This document shows positions 10,773-20,702 of a stretch of 64,000 nucleotides of DNA, piece after piece. Origin of the DNA: Bacillota bacterium (GTDB taxonomy: Bacteria; Bacillota; Sulfobacillia; Sulfobacillales; Sulfobacillaceae); contig JAMCVM010000070.1 in NCBI GenBank assembly GCA_023475835.1, positions 2,603 to 66,602 on the forward strand, written 5' to 3'. The stretch's first letter is position 1, and each line of letters starts with the position of its first letter. The notes under the pieces were generated by a model that saw nothing but the letters and a program-made list of their open reading frames with translations, did not search any database and was not told the origin of the DNA. Both the position numbers and the translations under genes were made by a program.

Positions 10773-11313
10773 GAGGCTCCCCCTTTCTTTCCTCCTCGAG
10801 CCAACGGATAATTTCCGCCTGCACCTCGACGACCGCGAGACCGGTGGTGTCAATGCGAACGGCGCTGACTTCTTCATATAAAGCCTTCCGCTCCGCCAAA
10901 ATCCGCGTCAGCCCGTCCTGGCCATCGCGAGCCAATAACGGCCGGCCTCCACCTTGAACCCGCTTGCCCAGTTCTGACCACTCCGCATCCAGCCAAATGA
11001 CTAGATGAGGCCTTAACCAACCTCGATTTTCGGGGCTCAGCACGGCGCCGCCACCCAACGCCACAACCAGGGCTTGAGGACTGCTCAACACCGTGAGCAA
11101 TGCCTGACGCTCCCATTCGCGAAACCTCGATTCCCCATCGTGGGCAAAAATCTCTGGAATCGATTGGTGCGCCAGATCGACTACGACCTGATCTACATCG
11201 CGGAAATCGCGGTGCAAGGAATGCGCCAACAAAGGGCCGACCGTACTTTTACCGACGCCCATCATGCCTGTCAGAACAATGTGGCAACGCCTAGTACCTG
11301 CGCACATAGTCAT
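10741..11313 (-). CDS. aroK: Shikimate kinase
   Basis: Walker A LTGMMGVGKSTVG. The start is chosen at an internal ATG (11313 or 11307) overlapping the aroC stop. Confidence 0.9.
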   Translation of the reverse strand: MTMCAGTRRCHIVLTGMMGVGKSTVGPLLAHSLHRDFRDVDQVVVDLAHQSIPEIFAHDGESRFREWERQALLTVLSSPQALVVALGGGAVLSPENRGWLRPHLVIWLDAEWSELGKRVQGGGRPLLARDGQDGLTRILAERKALYEEVSAVRIDTTGLAVVEVQAEIIRWLEEERKGEPLGSSIRPSEH

Positions 11314-12448
11314 TCCAATCCGCCACGCGCTGACGAATTTCATCTAAACTGTCTCCCCCGAATTTCTCTAAGAGCTGATCGGCTAAGACATGAAGAACCA
11401 TGGCCTCGGCCACCACCGCTGCCGGCGGGACCGCGGTCACATCGGAGCGTTCTACTTGAGCTAAAAATGGTTCCTTGGTATCAATATCGACCGAGCCTAA
11501 AGGCGACATCAATGTCGAAAGGGGTTTCATCGCTGCTCGTACCACGAGCGGCATACCCGTGGTCACCCCACCTTCCAAACCGCCAGCGCGATTGGAAGTG
11601 CGGCTCCAGCCCTGGCTCTCATCCCACCAAATTGGGTCGTGGACCAAAGATCCGGGGATCTCGGCTTGAGCAAATCCGGCCCCGATCTCTACCGCCTTGA
11701 ACGCTTGAATGGATAAGATGGCTTCAGCTAGCTTGGCTTCGACTCGACGCGCCCAATGGGTGTAAGAGCCAAGACCTACCGGAACCCCAAAGGCAACGAC
11801 TTCGATGACGCCACCCAAGGTGTCGCCGGCACTCTTGGCTTGATCAATAGCAGCGATCATCTGTTCTTGCACATCCCGGTCCACCACCCGTACCGGTGAC
11901 TCTTCGGAACTTCGGATTTGGTCTAAGGAATATTCCATTTTGGGGGCGGCGACTGATCCGATTTGAATGACATGCGCAGCCACCTCGATATGCAGTGCTC
12001 TTAGCAAAGACCGGGCCACCGCTGCTAACGCCACTCGCATCGTAGTCTCCCGTGCAGACGCTCTCTCTAACACGTTGCGCAGGTCACGATGGCCATATTT
12101 AATTCCTCCGACTAAGTCGGCGTGTCCGGGCCGGGGTCGAGTGACCTGGCGATCGGTTGGTGCAGGATCCGGAGACATCGTTTGCTTCCAATTTTCGAAA
12201 TCTCGGTTTTTCACCAACAGCGCAATCGGTGAGCCTAAGCTGAACCCATGGCGCACTCCACCCCAAAACTCGACTTGATCGCGTTCTATGGCCATGCGTC
12301 CACCGCGGCCGTATCCCTTTTGTCTGCGACTCAGATCCTGATTGATCAACTCGCGACTGACAGCAATCCCAGAAGGAGCCCCTTCAATGATGCCCACCAG
12401 ACCAGGGCCGTGAGATTCCCCTGCCGTAAACCAACGCCAACTTCCCAT
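11291..12448 (-). CDS. aroC: Chorismate synthase
   Basis: MGSWRWFTAGESHGPGL N-terminus, 385 aa from the ATG at 12448. The upstream in-frame extension to 12523 is not conserved-looking. Confidence 0.95.
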   Translation of the reverse strand: MGSWRWFTAGESHGPGLVGIIEGAPSGIAVSRELINQDLSRRQKGYGRGGRMAIERDQVEFWGGVRHGFSLGSPIALLVKNRDFENWKQTMSPDPAPTDRQVTRPRPGHADLVGGIKYGHRDLRNVLERASARETTMRVALAAVARSLLRALHIEVAAHVIQIGSVAAPKMEYSLDQIRSSEESPVRVVDRDVQEQMIAAIDQAKSAGDTLGGVIEVVAFGVPVGLGSYTHWARRVEAKLAEAILSIQAFKAVEIGAGFAQAEIPGSLVHDPIWWDESQGWSRTSNRAGGLEGGVTTGMPLVVRAAMKPLSTLMSPLGSVDIDTKEPFLAQVERSDVTAVPPAAVVAEAMVLHVLADQLLEKFGGDSLDEIRQRVADWNDYVRRY

Positions 12449-12530
12449 TATCTGCCACTCGCTTTCTACCATCAATAATTTTTTAAGAACGGTCTTCGCT
12501 CCATTTGCCCTACCATAGCTCACTCGCCCG

Positions 12531-13133
12531 CTACCAATGGATGATGGGATGCGAGGCCGGAATTAAAAGAAGCCAAAATGCCGATAGGCTCAAAAACGGA
12601 GCAAAAGCTAGCCGATGCGACGTCGGTCGCCTTTTCAGCAAGATTAGCGCTAAGGCCAGGATTCCCGCCATCCAAACCGACAAACTGACCGCGATGGCCC
12701 CTCTCATCCAGCCCAAAGCTACTCCTAGGGTACCAGAAAACTTGGCGTCGCCCATGCCGACAGCGGACCGTGTGAGCCCATGCAACAGGGTCATGGCGAG
12801 GCCGAGAGCGAGCCCCGAGATCACATGATGGAAGACCGACAGGCCCGAGGACCAGGTCCAGATTACGCCTGCCATGGCACTGGCCAGGACTAACCGGTGG
12901 GGAATAATTTGTTCACGCCAATCTACGAAGGCGACGGCAACCCACACCGAGACTAACAACGCGTCTGCCCATGGGTGAGGATTGCTCAACTGCAACCCTC
13001 GGATGAGCAGCCAGCACAGCAATCCGGCGGCAAGCCGGATCGACATTGGCCAACGCTTCTGTCCTCCACAAAAAGGCAACACCGAGACCAAGACCAGCGC
13101 CAACCCGGCATCGATAAAAAATGCGCTATTCAT
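12531..13133 (-). CDS. Prepilin peptidase, A24 family (peptidase domain only)
   Basis: 200-aa polytopic protein with the two catalytic Asp motifs FVDWREQIIP and GMGDAKF. No N-terminal methyltransferase or Zn-finger region. 4-nt overlap with the aroE stop. Confidence 0.85.
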   Translation of the reverse strand: MNSAFFIDAGLALVLVSVLPFCGGQKRWPMSIRLAAGLLCWLLIRGLQLSNPHPWADALLVSVWVAVAFVDWREQIIPHRLVLASAMAGVIWTWSSGLSVFHHVISGLALGLAMTLLHGLTRSAVGMGDAKFSGTLGVALGWMRGAIAVSLSVWMAGILALALILLKRRPTSHRLAFAPFLSLSAFWLLLIPASHPIIHW

Positions 13134-13906
13134 CGGTCAACCGCCCGCGTCATCGCGTCTCCCGGTGCTAACTGTCCGAACCAAAGATTCCATGACCACC
13201 GTGCCTGTTCAATTAACAGTTCCAATCCGTCGACGATTGGGCAATCCAAAGACGACGCTAATTGCAGCAAGGGCGTGGCTCTGGGGTGGTAGACCCAGTC
13301 CACCACCGCGGTTTTACCGGAGGACAAAGAAGGCCAATACGTCCAGTGCGCCTCCCCGTGTTGGCCCAAAGGAGTCGCGTTAACCACGACCTCCCAATCT
13401 GCGCAAGCGGGCATTTCCTGCAGTGAGATCCACTGATCCCCCCAATCGACCGGTTGTCGGGATGCTATCCACACCTCCATGCCCAGGTGTTTCAGACTCA
13501 CCATGCTTCCGCGAGCGACTCCACCCGAGCCGATGATAAGGGCTCGCCGCTTGGCGTGCCCTCCCACCAGCGGTTCGAGTTTAGCGATCAGCGCGCGAAC
13601 GTCTGTGTTGTCTCCTACCCAACCGTGGTCCCGCCAGACGATGGTGTTGGCCGCCCGCGCCGCCTCCGCGAGATCGCTCAAATCATCCAAAAACGGGAAA
13701 ATCGTTTCTTTCAGCGGACGAGTCAGGTTCACGCCGACACCACCCAGGTGGCGAAAAGCGTCCAATGAAGCCACTAGGTCGCCGCGACGGACCTCCACTG
13801 GCAAGTAGTGAGCCAAGATCCCCGCCTCAGCAAAGGCAGCGTTATGGATGCGAGGCGATAGCGAATGCCCAATCGGCGAACCGAAAACGGCATACAGGGG
13901 CAACAA
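13130..13906 (-). CDS. aroE: Shikimate dehydrogenase
   Basis: N-terminal GSPIGHSLSPRIHNAAF and the GSGGVARG Rossmann loop. Confidence 0.9.
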   Translation of the reverse strand: MLPLYAVFGSPIGHSLSPRIHNAAFAEAGILAHYLPVEVRRGDLVASLDAFRHLGGVGVNLTRPLKETIFPFLDDLSDLAEAARAANTIVWRDHGWVGDNTDVRALIAKLEPLVGGHAKRRALIIGSGGVARGSMVSLKHLGMEVWIASRQPVDWGDQWISLQEMPACADWEVVVNATPLGQHGEAHWTYWPSLSSGKTAVVDWVYHPRATPLLQLASSLDCPIVDGLELLIEQARWSWNLWFGQLAPGDAMTRAVDR

Positions 13907-13969
13907 CTCCCTCAGTCCTTCCTCCTGACAGCAAGTTTCTGTGCCTCTAACAACACCGCCGGCTAAGCC

Positions 13970-14476
13970 TCACCCAGGCGACCGACCCGAACCCGATCTG
14001 GGCACTACTAAGCGCTCGACCTGGCGAACGAGTCGGGTAGTGAGAAATTCGTGTTCATTCAACGGTCGGACCAGGATAGTATAAAGGCCCAGCCGGTTTC
14101 CACCTAAAATATCGGTAAAGACTTGGTCACCAACCACAGCCGTCGTCTCTCGATTCGTTCCCATTTTAGCCATGGCGAGGGAGAAACCACGTCGGCGCGG
14201 CTTGGCCGCTTTGGGGACATTTTTTACGCCGATCGTCAGAGCAAACGCTTCGACCCGCGCGGTCAAGTTGTTCGATACAATGCACACATCGAAATCGAGG
14301 TTTCTTACCTGCGCTACCCAGTGGACCAAATCAGCCGAAGCCTCAGGCCGGTTGTAGCCAACCAAGGTATTGTCGAGATCGACGATTAGGCCGCGAATCC
14401 CCCGTCGAGCTAACCGTGCCAAATCAATGTCATAGATGCTCTGCAAAAACAGATGCGGCTTTAAAATGTTTAGCAA
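13970..14476 (-). CDS. yqeG: YqeG-family HAD-IIIA phosphatase
   Basis: VDLDNTLV nucleophile motif and VGDQVFTDILGGN motif. yqeG-aroE adjacency matches Bacillus. Confidence 0.85.
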   Translation of the reverse strand: MLNILKPHLFLQSIYDIDLARLARRGIRGLIVDLDNTLVGYNRPEASADLVHWVAQVRNLDFDVCIVSNNLTARVEAFALTIGVKNVPKAAKPRRRGFSLAMAKMGTNRETTAVVGDQVFTDILGGNRLGLYTILVRPLNEHEFLTTRLVRQVERLVVPRSGSGRSPG

Positions 14477-14563
14477 TTGCTGCCTCCCGAGACCACTGTC
14501 CGTCTATAGTATATCAATCAGGTCCCAGATTTACTGGCAAAAATCCGCTTCTTTGTCCCTTGG

Positions 14564-14591
14564 TTGACATTTATCCATACTGGGTTACACT
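14564..14591 (+). promoter_or_regulatory. Putative sigma-A type promoter of the suf operon
   Basis: TTGACA (14564-14569), 16-nt spacer, TACACT (14586-14591). The palindrome CACTAGTG overlaps the -10. Confidence 0.4.
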
Positions 14592-14650
14592 AGTGCTAGA
14601 TTTCCTAGTAAATTAGTCGGATTTAAATTTTGTCTTCAGGAGGCGCTAGC

Positions 14651-15439
14651 ATGGCGATGCCGGTCTTAGCGATTAGCGATTTACACGTCACTGTCGACGG
14701 CAAAGAAATATTGAAGGGCGTGACTCTTACCATCCGCGGTAATGAAATCCATGCGATCATGGGCCCAAATGGTGCCGGGAAGACTTCCCTAGCCCAAACC
14801 TTGATGGGCCATCCAGGTTATACCGTCACCCAAGGCAGCGTGACCCTGGACGGAGTCGACCTATTGGCCTTGCGAACCCATCAACGAGCTCAGGCCGGAT
14901 TGTTTTTGGCCATGCAGTATCCTAGCGAGATATCGGGAGTCACGACCGCCAACTTTCTCCGAACCGCAATCAATGCTCGCCGCGGCGATGGATCGGCCAT
15001 CAGCCTGAAGGATTTCCGCGATCGGCTGGACCACGCGATGGATCTTCTCAGCATGGATCACAAGTTTGCCAATCGCTATTTAAACGAAGGCTTTTCTGGC
15101 GGAGAAAAAAAACGCAACGAGATTTTGCAGATGCTGATGTTAGCACCGCGCATCGCCGTGTTGGACGAAATTGACTCGGGGCTGGATATTGACGCGGTGC
15201 GCATCGTTGCTCAAGGCCTCACCTCCATGGTAAATGACTCCTTTGGGGCTCTGGTCATTACTCACTATCAACGCATCCTGACCTATCTGAAGCCTGGGTT
15301 TGTCCACATCATGGTTGATGGTCGGATCGTCAAATCCGGAGACTATCACCTAGCCGAAACATTGGATGCCCAGGGATACGACTTTTTACGGCCCCAGTCC
15401 GAACACGAGCCTGAGCAGGCCGCAGCGGGGAGGCTATGA
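14651..15439 (+). CDS. sufC: Fe-S cluster assembly ATPase SufC
   Basis: Walker A GPNGAGKTS, signature FSGGEKKR, Walker B VLDEIDSGLD. The ATG at 14651 follows GGAGG. Confidence 0.95.
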   Translation: MAMPVLAISDLHVTVDGKEILKGVTLTIRGNEIHAIMGPNGAGKTSLAQTLMGHPGYTVTQGSVTLDGVDLLALRTHQRAQAGLFLAMQYPSEISGVTTANFLRTAINARRGDGSAISLKDFRDRLDHAMDLLSMDHKFANRYLNEGFSGGEKKRNEILQMLMLAPRIAVLDEIDSGLDIDAVRIVAQGLTSMVNDSFGALVITHYQRILTYLKPGFVHIMVDGRIVKSGDYHLAETLDAQGYDFLRPQSEHEPEQAAAGRL

Positions 15440-16731
15440 TGACGACGTCTCCGCCCTCGCTCGAGAGCCTTCAGCAAAACGATCGAGATCGCGTTCGTGA
15501 GCACTTCAGCGAAGATCCGGATTGGCTCATCGAGCAGCGGATCAACGCGTTTTTTGAATACTTGCACACGCCTATTTTGGCAAGAAAACGGACTCCCTTG
15601 AACCATCGCCAGTTTGAAAACCTGCCACTGTTTACACAACAACCGCCTGAATTGGGCGGATCTTGGCTGAGCGCGGAGATGTCAGACGGACTTTTGGTGT
15701 TGGCGGGCTCAGAGGTGGCAGTTCTTCGTCCGCCCGCAGGCCGGACTGCCGAGAGAGTGATCTTTACTGACCTCAGGACGGCCGCCATGACCCATTTTGA
15801 GGTGGTCAAACCCTATCTCGCTCGGGTCGCGCGCGCAGCCAATTCCAAATTCGATGCGCTCAATCGAGCATGGTGGCAAAACGGCGTGTTTTTGTTTATT
15901 CCTCGGGGCGTTCAAATAGCCGAACCCTTTACCGTGGTGCATCACCAAGTCGCCAGCCCCGGGTTTTTCCCCCGCTCTCTGATCGTCTTGGAGGACGATA
16001 GTGAGGCTACGGTCATCGACTTATACGTCAGCCCGTCTTTGAAGTCCGGCCCACGAAGTCTCGCAGCCATTTCCGTAGAGGCCGTGGTCGGTGCCAATGC
16101 CTCGCTCCATTACGGATCGATTGAACAGTTGGCTTTGAATACCGATGCATTCGCCACCCGTACGGCAGACTTGGAAACTCACGCGCGAATGGATTGGAAC
16201 GTCGGGTCGTTTGGGTCGGGATTGGAAGTCTCCCAACAGACGACGTACCTAAACGGAACAGGATCGGAAAATAATAGCCTGACCGTCTTTTTTGGATCGC
16301 GTAGTCAACATCACGATTTAGAAGTCACCAGCGTGCATCAAGGTGCTCATACCCGCAGCAATATAATAGGCAAGGGCGTCATGAAGGGCAGGTCGCGAAG
16401 CATCTTTACTGGGGTCACTGACATAAAACAGGGCGCGCGGGGCAGCGACGCCAGGCAAAAAGAACAAACGCTGATGTTATCCGATCAAGCTCGCGCTGAT
16501 GCCATCCCTTCGCTCTTGATCGAAGAAAACGATGTCTTCGCCGCCCATGCGGCGAGTGCAGGGCCCGTTGACGCTAACGCCATCTATTATTTGACGAGTC
16601 GGGGCGTGGCCCCAGAGGAGGCAGAACAATTGATTGTGGAAGGATTTCTGGCACCGGTGATCGACGCCATAGCTCTGACCGAGGTACGCCAACGCGTATG
16701 GTCGGCAGTGCGAGAGAAGGTGCGTGAATGA
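15436..16731 (+). CDS. sufD: Fe-S cluster assembly protein SufD
   Basis: 431 aa, SufB/D-type C-terminal beta-helix region, with 4-nt overlaps on both sides. Confidence 0.9.
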   Translation: MMTTSPPSLESLQQNDRDRVREHFSEDPDWLIEQRINAFFEYLHTPILARKRTPLNHRQFENLPLFTQQPPELGGSWLSAEMSDGLLVLAGSEVAVLRPPAGRTAERVIFTDLRTAAMTHFEVVKPYLARVARAANSKFDALNRAWWQNGVFLFIPRGVQIAEPFTVVHHQVASPGFFPRSLIVLEDDSEATVIDLYVSPSLKSGPRSLAAISVEAVVGANASLHYGSIEQLALNTDAFATRTADLETHARMDWNVGSFGSGLEVSQQTTYLNGTGSENNSLTVFFGSRSQHHDLEVTSVHQGAHTRSNIIGKGVMKGRSRSIFTGVTDIKQGARGSDARQKEQTLMLSDQARADAIPSLLIEENDVFAAHAASAGPVDANAIYYLTSRGVAPEEAEQLIVEGFLAPVIDAIALTEVRQRVWSAVREKVRE

Positions 16732-17948
16732 TCCGTTTAGAGCCCGACCTCAAGGCCGATTTTCCGATTTTTGACCGTCTCATTCATGACCACCGCCTTA
16801 CTTACCTGGATTCTGCGGCCACATCGCAAAAGCCCAGACAGGTCATCGATGCGGAACTGGATTTCTATCAGAAGACGAATTCGAACATTTTGCGCAGTGT
16901 GCACACATTAGCCGAAGAGGCGACCGCCGGCTATGAACGGGTGCGCGGTCTGACCGCTGCCTTTATCGCGGGTCAACCTAAGGAGGTTATTTTTACTCGC
17001 GGAACGACAGAAAGCATCAATCTGGTGGCCAGAGGCTATGGGGATAGCCACATCGGTCCGGGGGACAATATCGTCGTCAGCGCGATGGAACACCACTCCA
17101 ATTTAATCCCCTGGCAGCAACTGGCACAGCGGCGAGGGGCCACTTTGCGGTTTGTGGAATTACAGGCCGACGGCTCCTTATCCATCGAGTCGGCGGAAAA
17201 GGTCATCGATAAGCACACAAAAATTGTCGCGATGACGCAAGTCTCCAATGTGCTCGGAACCATTGTGCCCATTGCCGTGCTAGCCGACCTGGCCCATGCC
17301 GCCGGGGCAATTCTAGTCGTTGACGGAGCTCAGTCTGTCCCCCATCAGCCCACCGACGTCAGCAAGATGGGCGCTGACTTTTTGGCGTTTTCCGCCCATA
17401 AGATGTGCGGGCCAACGGGAGTTGGCGTGTTGTGGGGCAAGATGGAACACCTCGAAGCCATGGACCCGATGCTCTACGGGGGCGAAATGATCGCCTACGT
17501 GGATCGGCAGCAAGCTACTTGGGCAGACATCCCCACGCGATTTGAAGGAGGTACCCCCAATATCGCCGGCGTGATAGGATTTGGGGCCGCGATCGAATAT
17601 GTGAACCAGGTCGGCATGGCCAACATTGCTCGCCACGGCAGCGACTTGGCCGAGATGGCCTATCAGCGCCTGAAAGAGATCCCTGGAGTCGCGGTGTACG
17701 GACCCGACAAGGAGCGGGGGGCATTGGTCTCTTTCAACATTGACGCGGTGCACCCTCATGATGTCGCCCAAGCCTTGGATGCGGTTGGGGTCGCGGTCCG
17801 CGCTGGTCATCATTGCGCCCAGCCGTTAATGCGTTGGCTAGGCGTAGCCGCCACCGCTCGAGCCAGTTTTTATCTATACAATGATGCCGAAGACGTAGAA
17901 CGCTTAGTAGACGCCATCCATTCCACCAAGAGGTACTTTGAGCGATGA
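16728..17948 (+). CDS. sufS: Cysteine desulfurase SufS
   Basis: SAHKMCGPTG PLP-lysine and RAGHHCAQP catalytic-Cys motifs. Confidence 0.95.
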   Translation: MIRLEPDLKADFPIFDRLIHDHRLTYLDSAATSQKPRQVIDAELDFYQKTNSNILRSVHTLAEEATAGYERVRGLTAAFIAGQPKEVIFTRGTTESINLVARGYGDSHIGPGDNIVVSAMEHHSNLIPWQQLAQRRGATLRFVELQADGSLSIESAEKVIDKHTKIVAMTQVSNVLGTIVPIAVLADLAHAAGAILVVDGAQSVPHQPTDVSKMGADFLAFSAHKMCGPTGVGVLWGKMEHLEAMDPMLYGGEMIAYVDRQQATWADIPTRFEGGTPNIAGVIGFGAAIEYVNQVGMANIARHGSDLAEMAYQRLKEIPGVAVYGPDKERGALVSFNIDAVHPHDVAQALDAVGVAVRAGHHCAQPLMRWLGVAATARASFYLYNDAEDVERLVDAIHSTKRYFER

Positions 17949-18370
17949 ATCTCGACAACATGTATCGCGAAACCATCTTAGATCATAACCAGATCCCAAG
18001 AAACAAGGGGAGTCTTGAGGATCCTACCGCCAGCGTAGGACTGTTAAATCCTACCTGCGGCGACCAAATCCGGCTAGACGTGAAAGTGGTCGATGGTCAG
18101 CTGATGGACATTCGTTTTGACGGACAAGGCTGCGCCATTAGTATGGCGTCGGCTTCGATGATGACAGAGGCGGTCAAAGGTCAGTCCGTCGCAGAAAGCT
18201 TGGCAGTGGCGCGCGAGTTTAAGGCTTTCCTAACCGGCACTGCACCGCATCGCAATTTGGGCGATTTGGGGGCTTTAGAAGGGGTGGCCCAGTTTCCCAG
18301 TCGGATAAAATGTGCGACGTTAGCCTCCAACGCCTTGGAACAGGCCCTGACCCAGGAGGGAATGCGCTAA
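17945..18370 (+). CDS. sufU: SUF-system scaffold/sulfur acceptor SufU
   Basis: 141 aa with three ligand cysteines in [13 protein letters not shown] and IKCATL. Confidence 0.9.
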   Translation: MNLDNMYRETILDHNQIPRNKGSLEDPTASVGLLNPTCGDQIRLDVKVVDGQLMDIRFDGQGCAISMASASMMTEAVKGQSVAESLAVAREFKAFLTGTAPHRNLGDLGALEGVAQFPSRIKCATLASNALEQALTQEGMR

Positions 18371-18440
18371 GCTATCGTGGCTAAAACAGCCCCGATCACC
18401 GATGGCGCCATTGACTATTTTATTAAGGAGGCATTTGGCT

Positions 18441-19841
18441 ATGGCCATTGAACAGCCGCTAGTTTCCGACGAGTACGCTTATGGCTTCAACGATGGTGAT
18501 GTGAGCGTCTTGAAGTTTGGCCAAGGATTAACTCGACAAACCGTCGAAGACATCTCACGCATCAAGCAAGAGCCGAAATGGATGCTGGATTTCCGGCTCC
18601 ACGCCTTGGACATTTTTTGGAAAAAAGACATGCCCGGCTGGGGTGCGGATTTGAGCGCTCTCGACTTTGCCAAGATCATTTATTACGTGAAGCCGTCCGA
18701 AAACCAGGGACGGACCTGGGATGAAGTCCCTCAGACGATTAAGGATACCTTTGAGCGCTTGGGTATTCCTGAAGCGGAAAGAAAATTTTTAGCCGGGGTT
18801 TCGGCCCAGTACGAGTCTGAAGTGGTTTATCACAGCATTCACCAAGACTTGATCGAGAAGGGCATTATCTTTACGGACACCGATTCCGCGCTGCGGGAAT
18901 ATCCGGACCTAGTTCGGGAGTACTTCGGAACGATTGTCCCTGCCGAAGACAACAAATTTGCCGCACTGAATTCCGCGGTGTGGTCCGGAGGGTCATTTGT
19001 TTATATTCCCAAAAATGTGACCAGCCCGATTCCTCTTCAAGCCTATTTCCGCATTAATTCGCAAAACATGGGCCAGTTCGAACGCACATTAATTATCGCC
19101 GATGAAGGCTCTTTTGGACACTACGTCGAGGGCTGCACGGCTCCAATCTATTCCAGTGAGTCATTGCATTCAGCGGTGGTGGAAATCATTGTCAAAGCCG
19201 GTGCTCGGATGCGCTATACCACAGTGCAAAATTGGGCACCTAACGTGTTCAATTTAGTGACCAAGCGCGCCGTGGCCTATCGCGACGCAACGATGGAATG
19301 GGTGGATGGAAACATCGGGTCTAAAGCGACCATGAAATATCCGTCGGTATACCTGGTGGAAGAAGGGGCTCGGGGAATGGTGCTCTCCATCGCAGTCGCC
19401 GGCAAAGGTCAACATCAGGACACCGGAGCCAAAATGATTCACGCCGCTCCCCATACGACATCGACCATCGTATCCAAGTCAATCAGTCAACTGGGCGGCA
19501 AAACCACCTATCGCGGCTTGGTCCATTTCGCCAAAGATGCCGCGGGCGCCAAAGCTAACGTTCGATGTGACACGTTGATTATGGACGATCTCTCCACATC
19601 CGACACCGTACCGTCTAGTGAAGTAGGCAATGCCAGTGCGCTAATGGAACACGAGGCTACCGTCACCAAGGTCAGCGAAGAGCAACTTTTTTACCTGACT
19701 TCGCGCGGCCTTAGTGAAGAAGAAGCTACCCGATTGATTGTGATGGGGTTCATCGAACCTTTCACTCGAGAACTTCCCATGGAATTCGCGGTCGAGATGA
19801 ATCGACTGATCAAGTTTGAAATGGAAGGAGCGATCGGATAA
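18441..19841 (+). CDS. sufB: Fe-S cluster assembly protein SufB
   Basis: 466 aa from the ATG at 18441 behind AAGGAGG. Typical SufB C-terminus [13 protein letters not shown]. Confidence 0.95.
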   Translation: MAIEQPLVSDEYAYGFNDGDVSVLKFGQGLTRQTVEDISRIKQEPKWMLDFRLHALDIFWKKDMPGWGADLSALDFAKIIYYVKPSENQGRTWDEVPQTIKDTFERLGIPEAERKFLAGVSAQYESEVVYHSIHQDLIEKGIIFTDTDSALREYPDLVREYFGTIVPAEDNKFAALNSAVWSGGSFVYIPKNVTSPIPLQAYFRINSQNMGQFERTLIIADEGSFGHYVEGCTAPIYSSESLHSAVVEIIVKAGARMRYTTVQNWAPNVFNLVTKRAVAYRDATMEWVDGNIGSKATMKYPSVYLVEEGARGMVLSIAVAGKGQHQDTGAKMIHAAPHTTSTIVSKSISQLGGKTTYRGLVHFAKDAAGAKANVRCDTLIMDDLSTSDTVPSSEVGNASALMEHEATVTKVSEEQLFYLTSRGLSEEEATRLIVMGFIEPFTRELPMEFAVEMNRLIKFEMEGAIG

Positions 19842-19844
19842 TCC

Positions 19845-20153
19845 GTGTCAAAGTGGCTGCGAATAGCGTCTAAAAACCAACTTCAGTCGGGACAACCTCT
19901 ATTGATTACGGTCGATGGCGAAGATTTGGCTCTTTTTCGGGTGGGTGAAGAAGTATTCGCTCTCGACGATCTATGTTCTCACGCCGAGGCCTCATTAAGT
20001 GAAGGCGAACAGAAAGGCTTTTGCATTACCTGTCCACAACATGGTGGCCAATTCGACATCCGCACCGGAAAAGCCATCCATTTTCCGGCGATTTCCCCGG
20101 TAAAGCGCTATCCGGTTCGGGTTGAAGGCGATGACATCCTGATCGAACGCTGA
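19845..20153 (+). CDS. Rieske [2Fe-2S] ferredoxin-type protein
   Basis: 102 aa with CSH (DDLCSHAEA) and CPQH (CITCPQHGGQF) ligand boxes. Starts 4 nt after sufB. Confidence 0.85.
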   Translation: MSKWLRIASKNQLQSGQPLLITVDGEDLALFRVGEEVFALDDLCSHAEASLSEGEQKGFCITCPQHGGQFDIRTGKAIHFPAISPVKRYPVRVEGDDILIER

Positions 20154-20702
20154 GACCTCGACGAATGCGACGGGCGGTCCGATTAGGTGCACGGCGCCCG
20201 CCTCTATCGATTCGCCTCCGGATTTGCTGGCTGCGCCAGTGCTTAACCGAAGCGGATCTCTGCCCGGTTGCGGAACTAGCAGGAATCCTCCCGCCATCTA
20301 ACTCTGCCGGTTCCCGCCCCGGGTTTGCCAGTCGCTTCGAAATGTACCAGGTTCCGCGGCTGCCCGCGCGCTTGAGCACCCTACGTCATATCCTGGATCT
20401 CTCCCAGCGGCGATTCCGACCGTTTCCGCGCAATGCAACCGAACGAGCATGACCATCGAGGAGGGTCTCGGCCTTCGGTCGGCCCGGTGCAGCGCTCCTC
20501 CTGGCCTTGAGCCTACACGGGGCACTGCGTGGGTACGCTAACCCTCATCTTGAACTGCCAATGTTCCTGAAACCAGCGCTCACAGTCATCTCGGATCACC
20601 CAGAGACCCGTTCCTCTCTTTACCGGCTCTGCGTGTTCTCGAGCCTTTTGCGGTATACTTTAAACGCATCGAACTATCAAATTTTCAAGGAGGAATGTTG
20701 TA

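Noticed and set aside
20154-20530. RNase P, tmRNA, SRP or cobalamin-riboswitch identity for the GC-rich spacer
   Set aside because: The invariant strings (GGAAAGUCC, ACAGAACCCGGCUUA, GGAAGCAGC, GCCACUG, tRNA-like CCA end) are absent on both strands. It is kept only as an unassigned finding.
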